From a bacterium (lineage in GTDB: Bacteria > Patescibacteriota > Minisyncoccia > Phycocordibacterales > Phycocordibacteraceae), in assembly GCA_021781865.1 (NCBI GenBank), contig JAJXVZ010000001.1:1-34262 (forward strand): DNA of 34,262 bases, given 5' to 3'. The translations under genes were made by a program, and so were the position numbers. Below are positions 9,835 to 18,356 of the stretch, in pieces; the first letter of the stretch is position 1; every line of letters starts with the position of its first letter. The notes beneath the pieces are model-generated. The model was not told the DNA's origin. It worked only from the letters and a program-made list of their open reading frames with translations, and did no database searches.

Positions 9835-9859
9835 AGGCCGCCAAAAATTTTGGCGGCCT
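9835..9859 (-). terminator. Intrinsic terminator downstream of the 9873..10658 gene
   Basis: Inverted repeat aggccgccaaaa/ttttggcggcct; the A-run on its left gives a U-tract on the minus strand. Confidence 0.75.
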
Positions 9860-9872
9860 GATTCACGGCATC

Positions 9873-10658
9873 TTATGTACCCATGAACCAATATCGTGGA
9901 AGGGGTACGCCCTTTTGTGGCGTGAATTGAAATGTATTTCCGATACGTTCGTGGCACGTATTAGAAACGACCTCCTCTTCGGTACATGTATATGGTTTTT
10001 CGGGTCCAACCCCGTCAGAAGTTCTATATCCAAGACGGCTAAGATTCATCCAAAACGAAGTTTCAAAGCATACGTTCTTACCGTCCGGTACAGATACTAT
10101 TTTGGTGGACCCATCAGTTCGCACATGAAGGGTATAAAGATGTGTTGCGCGAGTTATATTACACTCAGGAACAACCACCTGGACAATTTTTTTATGAGCC
10201 CCCGGCATTTTTTTACCGTGTGTGATCGGGGCGGCAGCATTGATCCCCATAACGATCGCGACTACGATCGCGACAAAACGTACGAGACTCGACGTCTCTT
10301 TTGGTATGATGACTTCTTTTGCCGTCATTAACGCGAGCTCGCTCTTGCCAAGGCTAAGGGTGCGAATCTCGCATAACAAGGGAACCCAATGCCTCCCCTC
10401 AGAACATTTTATCTCGGTTCTTTTACCAAGAAAGAAAATCGTGCCCTCATGATTTGTAGGTACGTCACGCTGGTGCCTCACAAGCGTGTTGAAGGTAACG
10501 ATACACCCGAGACTGATCCCAATAACTCTTCCAACGAAGGGAAGGGGGTAGTAAAATTCTTTGGCGAAGAACCACCAAGAAACATAAGCAACCTCAGTCC
10601 CTGCGAATATACTCACGATCAGTCCTAACAGCTGGCTCTTGAGGGGGTTAATCTTCAT
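9873..10658 (-). CDS. Hypothetical membrane protein (3 TM, short SPFH-like segment, Cys-containing C-domain)
   Basis: 261 aa, SD AGGAGG upstream, own terminator; segment VPTNHEGTIFFLGKRTEIKCSEGRHWVP. Confidence 0.75.
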   Translation of the reverse strand: MKINPLKSQLLGLIVSIFAGTEVAYVSWWFFAKEFYYPLPFVGRVIGISLGCIVTFNTLVRHQRDVPTNHEGTIFFLGKRTEIKCSEGRHWVPLLCEIRTLSLGKSELALMTAKEVIIPKETSSLVRFVAIVVAIVMGINAAAPITHGKKMPGAHKKIVQVVVPECNITRATHLYTLHVRTDGSTKIVSVPDGKNVCFETSFWMNLSRLGYRTSDGVGPEKPYTCTEEEVVSNTCHERIGNTFQFTPQKGVPLPRYWFMGT

Positions 10659-10703
10659 TATACAACCTCCTAAGTATCATGTGGCAAGAACATCTTCCCG
10701 TGT

Positions 10704-10733
10704 ATAATATATTATGTATTATAATAAAGTCAA
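10704..10733 (-). promoter_or_regulatory. Putative sigma70 promoter
   Basis: Minus-strand TTGACT followed by TATATT (16-nt spacer) or TATTAT (18-nt spacer). Confidence 0.55.
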
Positions 10734-10800
10734 TAGATTCATGATGGTTCAACGCCGTGTGAACATTAAGTTCACTTTAACGGTTCGTTTTCAGGCATAA

Positions 10801-10900
10801 AGCATACATTACTAATCCCATCGAGCCCGCAGGGTGTCCAGTGAAAAACTCAAAAAGAAGTACTTAACGAAAAGTTGTAGAGTCACTCCTCAGTAAATGC
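10801..10900 (+). pseudogene. Possible IS256-family transposase remnant
   Basis: Reads YITNPIE....KNSKRST*RKVVESLLS, similar to TTNPIERLNKEFKRRTKVV..FPS; short match. Confidence 0.4.
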
Positions 10901-10963
10901 TCTCAAAAGTGTTCAGGAGGTGCGTTAGATATTACACAAAATCTGACTCTGTCCCATGTCTTG

Positions 10964-11045
10964 TGCTGAGGAGAGGACTCGAACCTCCATGGGTTGCCCC
11001 GTCTGCTCCTAAGGCAGGTGCGTCTACCAATTTCGCCACCCCAGC
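10964..11045 (-). tRNA. tRNA-Leu (anticodon TAG)
   Basis: GCTGGGG/CCTCAGC acceptor stem, AAATTGGTAGA D-loop, CT-TAG-GA loop, long variable arm, GGTTCGAGTCC. CCA is not encoded. Confidence 0.95.
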
Positions 11046-11048
11046 ATT

Positions 11049-11077
11049 TTGAAACAATACTATAGATCTGTTATATT
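11049..11077 (+). promoter_or_regulatory. Putative promoter of tRNA-Lys
   Basis: TTGAAA-17 nt-TATATT with extended -10 TG. Confidence 0.6.
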
Positions 11078-11086
11078 TTCTTTAAC

Positions 11087-11159
11087 GCGCCTATAGCTCA
11101 GTTGGTAGAGCAGCTCCCTCTTAAGGAGACGGTCCCTGGTTCGAGCCCAGGTAGGCGCA
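11087..11159 (+). tRNA. tRNA-Lys (anticodon CTT)
   Basis: GCGCCTA/TAGGCGC acceptor stem, GCTC-AGTTGGTA-GAGC D-arm, CT-CTT-AA loop, GGTTCGAGCCC. CCA is not encoded. Confidence 0.95.
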
Positions 11160-11218
11160 CATTAGTACGTTGCGTGTGCCAAGCCGCAGAACGGTTTAAT
11201 GCGTATTCCCAGTAAAAA

Positions 11219-11246
11219 AGGCCTCACACGTAAACGTGTGAGGCCT
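11219..11246 (-). terminator. Intrinsic terminator downstream of the 11272..12216 gene
   Basis: aggcctcacacgt-aa-acgtgtgaggcct with an A-run on its left. Confidence 0.8.
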
Positions 11247-11271
11247 GTATGTAACCCCGTCTAAGGGGCGA

Positions 11272-12216
11272 TCATTTTCTAGGGGTGGTTATCACCGTAA
11301 CGTTCTTGACCACATTAACGTGGTTTCGAACAAAGCCACAGTAATATCCCTGTGGGACCGGTTTACCCTCACAGAGAATCGGGCCTCTCGGTTTTTTGAA
11401 CAAGCGATATTTTCCACCTGCTGCTAACACATCTACCTTGGGCGTGTTAAGCCCAACCGTCAAAGGTCTTGGATACGCTTTTTCTTCAGAAAAAACGCAC
11501 CTCACGGCTACTTCCGCAACAATTCCATAAGTACTGTTAGCAGCAAGTCCAGTGCCTATGCCAACTGCCGTTCTGGCGGCATAGTTCGCTGCACCACCTG
11601 CACTTCCACCTTGACCGTCATTCCCGACGGCAATGTATAACTGATCACCCCAGACTGTCAGTATTTTCTCCCCCCCATATTCTTGGGGCAGGAAAACCTT
11701 GCTGTAGATGAAGGGTCTTTTTGCTGGACCCACTATCTTTCCTTGCAGAGATCTGACAGGGACTCCTTTTTCATAAAGCCCAAAGATTTCGGGCACATGC
11801 GTCTCGCGAGAGAACGGCCTGACCTTTGTTCGCGGTCCGCAAGCACCACTTTTCACCAGTGTGATACCGCCAGTGACGATGGTTGGTGGAAGTTCCGGAA
11901 CTTGTACCGGGTAAGGGGAATTATAAGAGACAATCGCCCCATTTCCTGAAGAAATCGAGCTTGAACTCCCTGTTTTGACGTTGTTCGACATGCCAGTCGA
12001 GGCTGTTATGCTGCTTGAGCTTTTCGATGCACCTCCTTCGCCACCAATTCCAACCGCGCTGGATTTCGACTCTGAACCAGCGATAGCCTGAGCCGCAGCG
12101 GTTGTATTCACAATTGGAGGAGGACCCAGTTTGTCGTGTGTACCACAGTTGGCTGCAAATGCCACACCCCCCATTGATAAGCCGAGGAGCAGACCAAACG
12201 TCAATGCGATTTTCAT
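11272..12216 (-). CDS. Secreted hypothetical protein (Gly/Ser-rich, Cys pairs)
   Basis: 314 aa, signal peptide MKIALTFGLLLGLSMGGVAFA, SD-like AAGGTG, own terminator. Confidence 0.8.
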   Translation of the reverse strand: MKIALTFGLLLGLSMGGVAFAANCGTHDKLGPPPIVNTTAAAQAIAGSESKSSAVGIGGEGGASKSSSSITASTGMSNNVKTGSSSSISSGNGAIVSYNSPYPVQVPELPPTIVTGGITLVKSGACGPRTKVRPFSRETHVPEIFGLYEKGVPVRSLQGKIVGPAKRPFIYSKVFLPQEYGGEKILTVWGDQLYIAVGNDGQGGSAGGAANYAARTAVGIGTGLAANSTYGIVAEVAVRCVFSEEKAYPRPLTVGLNTPKVDVLAAGGKYRLFKKPRGPILCEGKPVPQGYYCGFVRNHVNVVKNVTVITTPRK

Positions 12217-12355
12217 TTGTCACCTTAACCTTATGGGATCAATTGATTGATTAGGTTTATCTGCTGCTACTTGAAGGAGAACCTCCGATCTCTCAGTTTT
12301 TTTGAACGTACAATTACACGGTCGGCACTCATTGTGTCTCCCGCCCCTGTTTCTT

Positions 12356-12384
12356 TATATAGCATGTTATACTAATATTGTCAA
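12356..12384 (-). promoter_or_regulatory. Putative sigma70 promoter
   Basis: Minus-strand TTGACA-17 nt-TATATA, preceded by TGc. Confidence 0.55.
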
Positions 12385-12399
12385 ATATAATGAAAGCAA

Positions 12400-12877
12400 C
12401 TTCATTAAAGTAAATGCAATTATGCCGTTGCTTATCGTGGCGAATTAAAGCGAGGATATTCCAATCTATGCATATATCTCAAATGTCGATACAAGAGACG
12501 AAAATACCGTATCTTCAGGCCGATCAGACTCCAATTGATGCTCAATTTCTCTCTGTCAAAGAAAAACTTGAACATTGGTAACTGGGAAGGCGAGAGTACA
12601 TACATTGACGATCAAAAATGGCGCAAAACGGAGGAAGCGACAAATGCATAAGTATACTTTGTCCGTTCGTGTCGCTCTTGAGGGCCGTGGGACCAATAAA
12701 AATACGAATGATTGGTGCGCTCGTATTCCCATAAGGGTATCATTCCACTCCTGTATTAGGAGAAGAAATTGCTGCGGTGGGATATGGTTCTGAAACACGG
12801 TAGAAAAAGCGATGGGGGTACTGGGTGCCCATTAAAAGTGTCTAATTGGAGCATTACATTTAAATTTTGAATGTGCC
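12400..12877 (+). mobile_element. Decayed, internally deleted IS30-family element
   Basis: Fragments GELKRG, IGNWEG, VYFVRSCRS* / RGTNKNTN / LVRSYSHKG, EEIAAV..ETR*KKRWGYWVP match IS30 RELKR, GHWEGD, VYFA.PY.SW.RGTNENTNGLIR.Y.PKG, LN.RPRK.LGY.TP. Degenerate terminal inverted repeats near 12400-12420 and 12853-12877. Confidence 0.8.
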
Positions 12878-12930
12878 GACATTTATGACGAACAGAGTTC
12901 GTTTCAGTAGCTATGAAGTCTAGAAAGACT

Positions 12931-14355
12931 TCATAGTATCTGTACCATCACCATGTTAGTTCCTCCAACTTTTCCGAATGGAATACCAGCCGCGATGATA
13001 ATATGATCATTTTTAATCGCAATCTTTTGGTGAATCATAGTACGTTTTGATTCAGCGACAACATCAAGCAGGTTCTCAAATGAGCTCGCGATAAGCGGAT
13101 GGCAGGCGAAAGACAGTGCGAGTCGGCGTGCGGTTTCCGCGCGAGGCGTGAATACGATGATCGGGCGAGTAGGCCGATAACGCGAAATCATACGCGCGGT
13201 GAACCCGCTTTCAGAAAGGGCAACGATAGCCTTTGCCTTCGTGGCATGAGCGACGTCTACGACTACACGACCGATTGCGTCAACAGTCTCAGTTTCATCA
13301 CTCGCATGAATGCCGCGGAAGAGGTCGCGATATATACTGTCATTCTCAGTTTTCTTTGCTATCTGTGCCATCATCGTCACCGTTTCCACTGGATATTTTC
13401 CCATAGCGGTTTCTTGCGAAAGCATGACTGCATCTGTGCCATCGAGAATTGCATTAGCAACATCACCGACCTCGGCGCGCGTTGGTACGGGATTCTGAAT
13501 CATGGATTCGAGCATTTGAGTTGCGGTAATAACTACCTTACCAGCAGCTACGCTCTTATGGATGATCTGTTTTTGCATAAGCGGTACATTTTCAGGTGAT
13601 GCCTCCACCGCTAGGTCGCCGCGTGCAACCATTACACCGTCGGCTTCCAAAATTATTGCATCGATATCTGCGACCGCTTCGTTGGTTTCTATCTTTGCGA
13701 TGACGGCAGGTGCATGTTTGGACGATTGTTTCTCAATGAGCGCGCGAAACTTTCTCACATCGTTTGCAGAGCGCACGAATGAAAGTGCAATAAAGTCAAC
13801 ACCTTGCGCGAGACCAAAGCTGAGATCAGCACGATCTTTCTCAGTGACGGGATTAATCCTGCGAAACGCGCCAGGGATGTTGACGCTACGTCGGCCCTTG
13901 ATATCGCCGCCCACGATGATACGGGTTTCTACATCATGACCACGCACTGTGATGACCTCAAGCTTTCGGCGGCCATCATCGAGCAAGATGATGTCGCCCT
14001 TTTTAACCTCCTTATAAAGATATGGATAATTAATGAACACGCGTTTCTCCGTGCCAGCACACTTTTTTGTAGTAAACGTAAATCGCATCCCTGGCACAAG
14101 AGTAATTTCGCCTTCGGCGAAATCTCCGATACGAATTTTCGGTCCCGAGAGGTCCTGTAGAATAGCAACATGCTCGTTGAGTTTTTTCGATACTGCGCGA
14201 ATATTTTTGATGTAGCGTGCATGTTCTTCGTGTGAACCATGCGAAAAATTAAGACGAGTAACGTTTACGCCAGCCATGATGAGGTCTGTAAGTGTTTTCG
14301 TGTCGCATGAGGATGGACCGATAGTCGCTACAATTTTCGTTCGCTTAAATCGCAT
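12931..14355 (-). CDS. pyk: Pyruvate kinase
   Basis: RTKIVATIGP, RLNFSHG, DLSGPKIR, IAKIE, MVARGDL, TATQMLESM, PTRAE, DGTDAVMLS. Confidence 0.98.
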   Translation of the reverse strand: MRFKRTKIVATIGPSSCDTKTLTDLIMAGVNVTRLNFSHGSHEEHARYIKNIRAVSKKLNEHVAILQDLSGPKIRIGDFAEGEITLVPGMRFTFTTKKCAGTEKRVFINYPYLYKEVKKGDIILLDDGRRKLEVITVRGHDVETRIIVGGDIKGRRSVNIPGAFRRINPVTEKDRADLSFGLAQGVDFIALSFVRSANDVRKFRALIEKQSSKHAPAVIAKIETNEAVADIDAIILEADGVMVARGDLAVEASPENVPLMQKQIIHKSVAAGKVVITATQMLESMIQNPVPTRAEVGDVANAILDGTDAVMLSQETAMGKYPVETVTMMAQIAKKTENDSIYRDLFRGIHASDETETVDAIGRVVVDVAHATKAKAIVALSESGFTARMISRYRPTRPIIVFTPRAETARRLALSFACHPLIASSFENLLDVVAESKRTMIHQKIAIKNDHIIIAAGIPFGKVGGTNMVMVQIL

Positions 14356-14497
14356 ACATTAATGAATGTATACCTCGTTTTTTGCAATAAAGAAAGAGCG
14401 AGACAGTAAAAATAAGACATTCATTTGCATTTGCGCAAATTAACTTTGGTGCTTTTGCTGGTATCAGCTAGAATGATTTGTACTTTAATTATTTAAT

Positions 14498-15577
14498 ATG
14501 TTTAAGACGATACGTTGGATAAGTATAGGTGTTGTCGTGCTTGTAAGCGCTTATTTTTTTTGCCTCGCTGATTTCTCCTCGCTCGCATATCGCTCGGAGA
14601 CTTTTAATAGTGGTCCCGAACGTTTCATTCCGCTCCCGATACTCAATAAGGCTGAATATGCTGCGCGTCTTTTTGCGCTTGCGCACGTGAGTACCTCAAC
14701 ACTTGCTGTCTCACCGGAAACGGCATGGGATTCTACAACCACGGCGGTGACTCAGCGACTTTGGCCAGCAAAAACAGTGTATCCAAATGCGGGCGCTATT
14801 TTACCTTTCAAACGCATCGTTGCCTATTATGGAAATTATTATTCCACAAAAATGGGTGTTCTTGGAGAGTATCCAGCGACGCAGATGCTCGCGATGCTCG
14901 CGAGTACAACGGCGGAATGGGCTGCTGCTGACCCGAATACGCCCGTGATACCAGCATTGGAATACATAGCTGTCGTCGCACAGGGAGATCCAGGGCCAGA
15001 TCATATGTACCGTCTGCGAATGCCGGATGATCAAATCGAAAAAACGATCCAGTTAGCAAATCAGATACACGGGCTCGTCATCCTTGATGTGCAAGTCGGG
15101 CTAAGTGATTTGCAGAAAGAACTTCCCTTGCTCGAACCATATTTGATAATGCCACAGGTTGAGCTCGCTATTGATCCAGAATTTTCTATGAAGTATGGTA
15201 ATCCGCCTGACTCTGTTATTGGTACTTTTGATGCCTCTGACATAAATTATGCCGCCACTTATCTCGCAGGTATTGTAGATAAATACCATTTGCCGCCAAA
15301 GGTTCTTATCGTAGACCGTTTTACGGAGGCTATGGTCACTAATTACAAAAATATACGTCCTCTGCCAGAAGTTGAAATAGTTATGAACATGGATGGGTGG
15401 GGCTCACGAAGGAAGAAGAAGGGGACTTATAATGCGGTCATTTATCCAGAACCGGTACAATTTACAGGCATAAAACTTTTTTATAAAAATGATCTTAGAC
15501 CACCTTCGCACGGCATGCTAACACCTGCTGAAATATTGAAACTTACTCCCGCGCCAATTTATATTCAATATCAATAG
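14498..15577 (+). CDS. Exported/membrane-anchored conserved hypothetical protein (possibly TIM-barrel/glycosidase-like)
   Basis: N-terminal hydrophobic segment; RIVAYYG, ILDVQVG, LAIDPEF, MDGWG, GIKLFYKND. Function not established. Confidence 0.7.
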   Translation: MFKTIRWISIGVVVLVSAYFFCLADFSSLAYRSETFNSGPERFIPLPILNKAEYAARLFALAHVSTSTLAVSPETAWDSTTTAVTQRLWPAKTVYPNAGAILPFKRIVAYYGNYYSTKMGVLGEYPATQMLAMLASTTAEWAAADPNTPVIPALEYIAVVAQGDPGPDHMYRLRMPDDQIEKTIQLANQIHGLVILDVQVGLSDLQKELPLLEPYLIMPQVELAIDPEFSMKYGNPPDSVIGTFDASDINYAATYLAGIVDKYHLPPKVLIVDRFTEAMVTNYKNIRPLPEVEIVMNMDGWGSRRKKKGTYNAVIYPEPVQFTGIKLFYKNDLRPPSHGMLTPAEILKLTPAPIYIQYQ

Positions 15578-15744
15578 GAAGTGTGGATCACAAGGCGTGT
15601 CTGTGCTAATACTCTCGGCACTCTCTTTTCGCCTCAGAGAAGTCCGCTACGTTAATTAAATTATGAGAGGTGCCACAAACATTGAGTTCTTGTGAGAATT
15701 TCTCCTGGTTGCAAGTTTTGATCGTATGGTATTATTCCTCGTAT

Positions 15745-16452
15745 ATGGATACCAATAATACGGGCAATAAATATTTCTTACCAATATCGGTTCTACTCGC
15801 CGCATTTATTATTGGAGGAGCGGTTCTCTGGAGCAATGCTCACCCGCCCACTACTACGGTTGGAACGACCGCTGGGACTGCGACGCCGCCAGTGAATGTT
15901 AAGAACGTAAAAACTGACGGTGAACCGTTTATTGGCCAGGCAAATGCTCCAGTCACTATCGCTGAGTGGTCAGATTATCAATGTCCCTATTGCAAAGAGT
16001 TCGAAATTACAACACTACCGTTGATCATTCAAAATTATGTAAATGAGGGTAAGGTCAAGGTTGTTTTCAAGGATTTCCCATTCCTCGGTCCTGATTCAAT
16101 GGTAGATGCTGAATATGCACGGGCCGTATGGGCGCTCTATCCAACTCAATTCGCTGCATGGCGCACTGCTCTTTATGCGACAGAACCTCAAGAAAACAGC
16201 TTGAACGCGGCAGACAATCTCACCTTCCTTGCCAAGGTAACGAACTCAGTGAGTGGTATTGATCTTACCAAAATTAAAGCCGCTGTTGCCGCAAATCAAG
16301 TCACTTATGATGCGGCAATCAGTGCTGACCGCACCGAAGCGGCGAACTTTGGTATCCAAGCAACTCCATCGTTTGTGATCGGGACACAGATGATTGCAGG
16401 TGCGTATCCGTACAATACATTTCAGAACGCAATCAACACAGTGTTGAATTAA
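15745..16452 (+). CDS. DsbA-family thiol-disulfide oxidoreductase
   Basis: N-terminal TM, GQANAPVTIAEWSDYQCPYC, KDFPFLG, cis-Pro GIQATPSF. Confidence 0.93.
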   Translation: MDTNNTGNKYFLPISVLLAAFIIGGAVLWSNAHPPTTTVGTTAGTATPPVNVKNVKTDGEPFIGQANAPVTIAEWSDYQCPYCKEFEITTLPLIIQNYVNEGKVKVVFKDFPFLGPDSMVDAEYARAVWALYPTQFAAWRTALYATEPQENSLNAADNLTFLAKVTNSVSGIDLTKIKAAVAANQVTYDAAISADRTEAANFGIQATPSFVIGTQMIAGAYPYNTFQNAINTVLN

Positions 16453-16453
16453 T

Positions 16454-16798
16454 ATGAAATTGTTCTTTCATTGGCTCATTGCGACTCTTGCAATCCTGAT
16501 TGCGGCGTACATTGTACCGAATGTTTCCGTAACCCTTATTGCAGCACTTATCGCTGCGATTGTTCTTGGGGCGCTCAATCTCTTCATTCGCCCTATTCTT
16601 CTAGTTCTTACGTTGCCGATAAACATTCTGACACTCGGTCTTTTCTCGCTCGTCATCAACGCGCTTCTTGTGATGCTTGCGTCCTATCTTGTCCCCGGGT
16701 TTGTCGTTGGTGGATTCTGGACAGCACTTCTCTTTGCTCTTGTCCTTATGGTGGTAAATTGGGTTTTCCATTTCTGGAGTCGTCCGTTGCACGCTTGA
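16454..16798 (+). CDS. 4-TM YvlD/DUF360 ('phage holin family') membrane protein
   Basis: LNLFIRPILLVLTLPINILTLGLFSLVINA, VPGF. Confidence 0.9.
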   Translation: MKLFFHWLIATLAILIAAYIVPNVSVTLIAALIAAIVLGALNLFIRPILLVLTLPINILTLGLFSLVINALLVMLASYLVPGFVVGGFWTALLFALVLMVVNWVFHFWSRPLHA

Positions 16799-16968
16799 TT
16801 CTTGACTCATTGCAAATCTCGAGCGGCATTAATTACAATTATGTTTAATGTTTTTGCGGCATTAGGCAGCAAGTGATTTTTAAATGTGAACAATCCACAT
16901 AATCCTCTTTCCGATTTCCCAAGCCTTGCTTATAATCGAACATAGACTGCTTGAAATGGAGACATCAT

Positions 16969-17178
16969 ATGAGCACTATAAAATGGCCTGACTTGCGTTT
17001 CGGGCCGGTAAATCTGTGGACAGTGATGCCCGCAGACATGTTTTATGCTAAACCCGAAGAACAATACCGAATCGTATGGTCAGGACACAAATCTAACCGT
17101 GTTGCCATATCTCGATTACCAACACGGGCGAATGGCCAATTACTCAGAAATATTTTTTCGCTCACAGTTTGTCGTTGA
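16969..17178 (+). CDS. Small hypothetical protein (69 aa)
   Basis: TATAAT upstream, SD GGAG before ATG 16969, hairpin just after the stop. Confidence 0.55.
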   Translation: MSTIKWPDLRFGPVNLWTVMPADMFYAKPEEQYRIVWSGHKSNRVAISRLPTRANGQLLRNIFSLTVCR

Positions 17179-17190
17179 TGACAACAAAAT

Positions 17191-17220
17191 AAAACCGATG
17201 GAGATACCTCCACCGGTTTT
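17191..17220. terminator. Hairpin flanked by A/T runs: bidirectional terminator and/or IS200 left-end hairpin
   Basis: aaaaccgatggag-atac-ctccaccggtttt, directly upstream of the tnpA remnant. Confidence 0.6.
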
Positions 17221-17223
17221 TAT

Positions 17224-17590
17224 ATGAAAAATTCATTCATACATTCGTATGCCAACACAATTGAAATGTCGAGGTAAAATTCTCAACTCAGAAAAAATGA
17301 AGAGCGGCTGTAGAGAATTTTCGAAACGACTTGCAAGTAGAAACATTAAGAGTGTTATTGAGTCTAGCATTCAAGAAGACCGTATTTATCTCTGCCTATT
17401 CACCACGCCGATAAAATCGGTCGTATACATCACGCAAATACTGTAAGGCAAAAACTCTGTGTGGATGAAAGAAGATCAAATGCGCCCCGCGGCCTCTACG
17501 ACTGACGCCTGTTCTGGGCGTGAGGATACCTCGTCTCGACCGTTTGCATCGACGAATTCATTATTTCATCGCTATATTAAATACCAATAA
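17224..17590 (+). pseudogene. tnpA: IS200/IS605-family TnpA (Y1 HUH transposase) pseudogene
   Basis: KCRGKIL...SIQEDRIYLCL..P.KSV..ITQIL*GKNS / LFWA*GYLVSTVCIDEFII / RYIKYQ matches PKYR..., EDHIH, LKGKSS, FWARGYFVSTVG, YI..Q. Confidence 0.88.
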
Positions 17591-17656
17591 CGAAGTGGAG
17601 CAGTCATCACCTTTCGTTAAGTTAACCGCTCCGTTGTTTCTAGCGAGCAGACACAA

Positions 17657-17680
17657 GCTATTGACTCCCGGGTCGATAGT
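17657..17680 (+). other. Subterminal hairpin, likely the IS200 right end
   Basis: gctattgact-cccg-ggtcgatagt; three G-T pairs that are valid only on the + strand. Confidence 0.55.
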
Positions 17681-17721
17681 TCATTTTGTCTAAGTAAATT
17701 ACTTGATAGTTCGAGAGATTA

Positions 17722-18339
17722 TTAGATCGCTTGTTTGCCACGAGCGAGATTGAAGAGAATTGGGAGGAAGGAGACCACAACGATGACGAGCGAAAGAGGA
17801 AGTACATATTTCCCGCTGTTGGGGACTAGTGAGCCGAGGAAGAATCCGAGCGAAATCATTCCTGCGCCCCAAAGTAAACCGCCAATGATGTTATAGGAAA
17901 TAAATTTTCGATATTTCATGGAGCTTGCGCCGGCGAGGATGGGTGCGATTGTGCGCACGGCTGGCACAAAGCGAGCAAGCACAATCGCACGCCCGCCATA
18001 TTTTTGATAAAACCGTTCAGTGCGCCTGAGGTATTCCTGCTTAAAGAAACGCGAATCCTTGCGCTTGAAAAGTGTGCTACCCATTTTCGAGCCAAACCAA
18101 TAACCGGTCGAGTCACCGAATACTGCGGCGATAACAGTGGAAAAAACGAGTGGCCAGAAAAAGAGGAACCCTCCGGCGGATAAAAGTCCTGCCGCGAAAA
18201 GGATCGAATCGCCAGGAAAAAAAATTCCTATGAAGAGTCCGCTTTCGATGAAGATGAGAAGCGCGATACCGATATAGCCACCAGTCCTTACAATAGCGAA
18301 CGGGTCGAGGTGTATACAGGCGAGTAGAAAATTCGTCAT
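17722..18339 (-). CDS. dedA: DedA family membrane protein
   Basis: IFIESGLFIGIFFPGDSILF, GDSTGYWFG, ARFVPAVRT, AGASSMKY. Confidence 0.93.
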   Translation of the reverse strand: MTNFLLACIHLDPFAIVRTGGYIGIALLIFIESGLFIGIFFPGDSILFAAGLLSAGGFLFFWPLVFSTVIAAVFGDSTGYWFGSKMGSTLFKRKDSRFFKQEYLRRTERFYQKYGGRAIVLARFVPAVRTIAPILAGASSMKYRKFISYNIIGGLLWGAGMISLGFFLGSLVPNSGKYVLPLSLVIVVVSFLPILFNLARGKQAI

Positions 18340-18346
18340 ATTGGTG

Positions 18347-18356
18347 CAGTATACTG
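18347..18356. promoter_or_regulatory. Palindromic bidirectional -10 element
   Basis: cagtatactg gives TATACT on both strands, 7 and 8 nt before two divergent ATGs. Confidence 0.65.

Noticed and set aside
12556..12798. 80-aa and 72-aa ORFs on opposite strands
   Set aside because: Both overlap the IS30 remnant and lack start signals.
15614..15675. CIRCE-like inverted repeat (ggcactctc...gagaggtgcc)
   Set aside because: Spacing is far longer than the 9 bp of CIRCE, the arms are imperfect, and no chaperone gene follows.
16454..16798. Holin as evidence of a prophage
   Set aside because: YvlD/DUF360 proteins are common chromosomal membrane proteins; there is no endolysin, integrase or structural gene nearby.
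17249..17446. 65-aa ORF as an independent gene
   Set aside because: It is an internal fragment of the tnpA pseudogene.
17586..17687. Candidate sRNA or pseudoknot (taacgaa/ttcgtta stem, ggagc/gctcc, terminal hairpin)
   Set aside because: Better explained as the 3' end and right-end hairpin of the IS200 fossil; the apparent -10 is the YI codons of tnpA.
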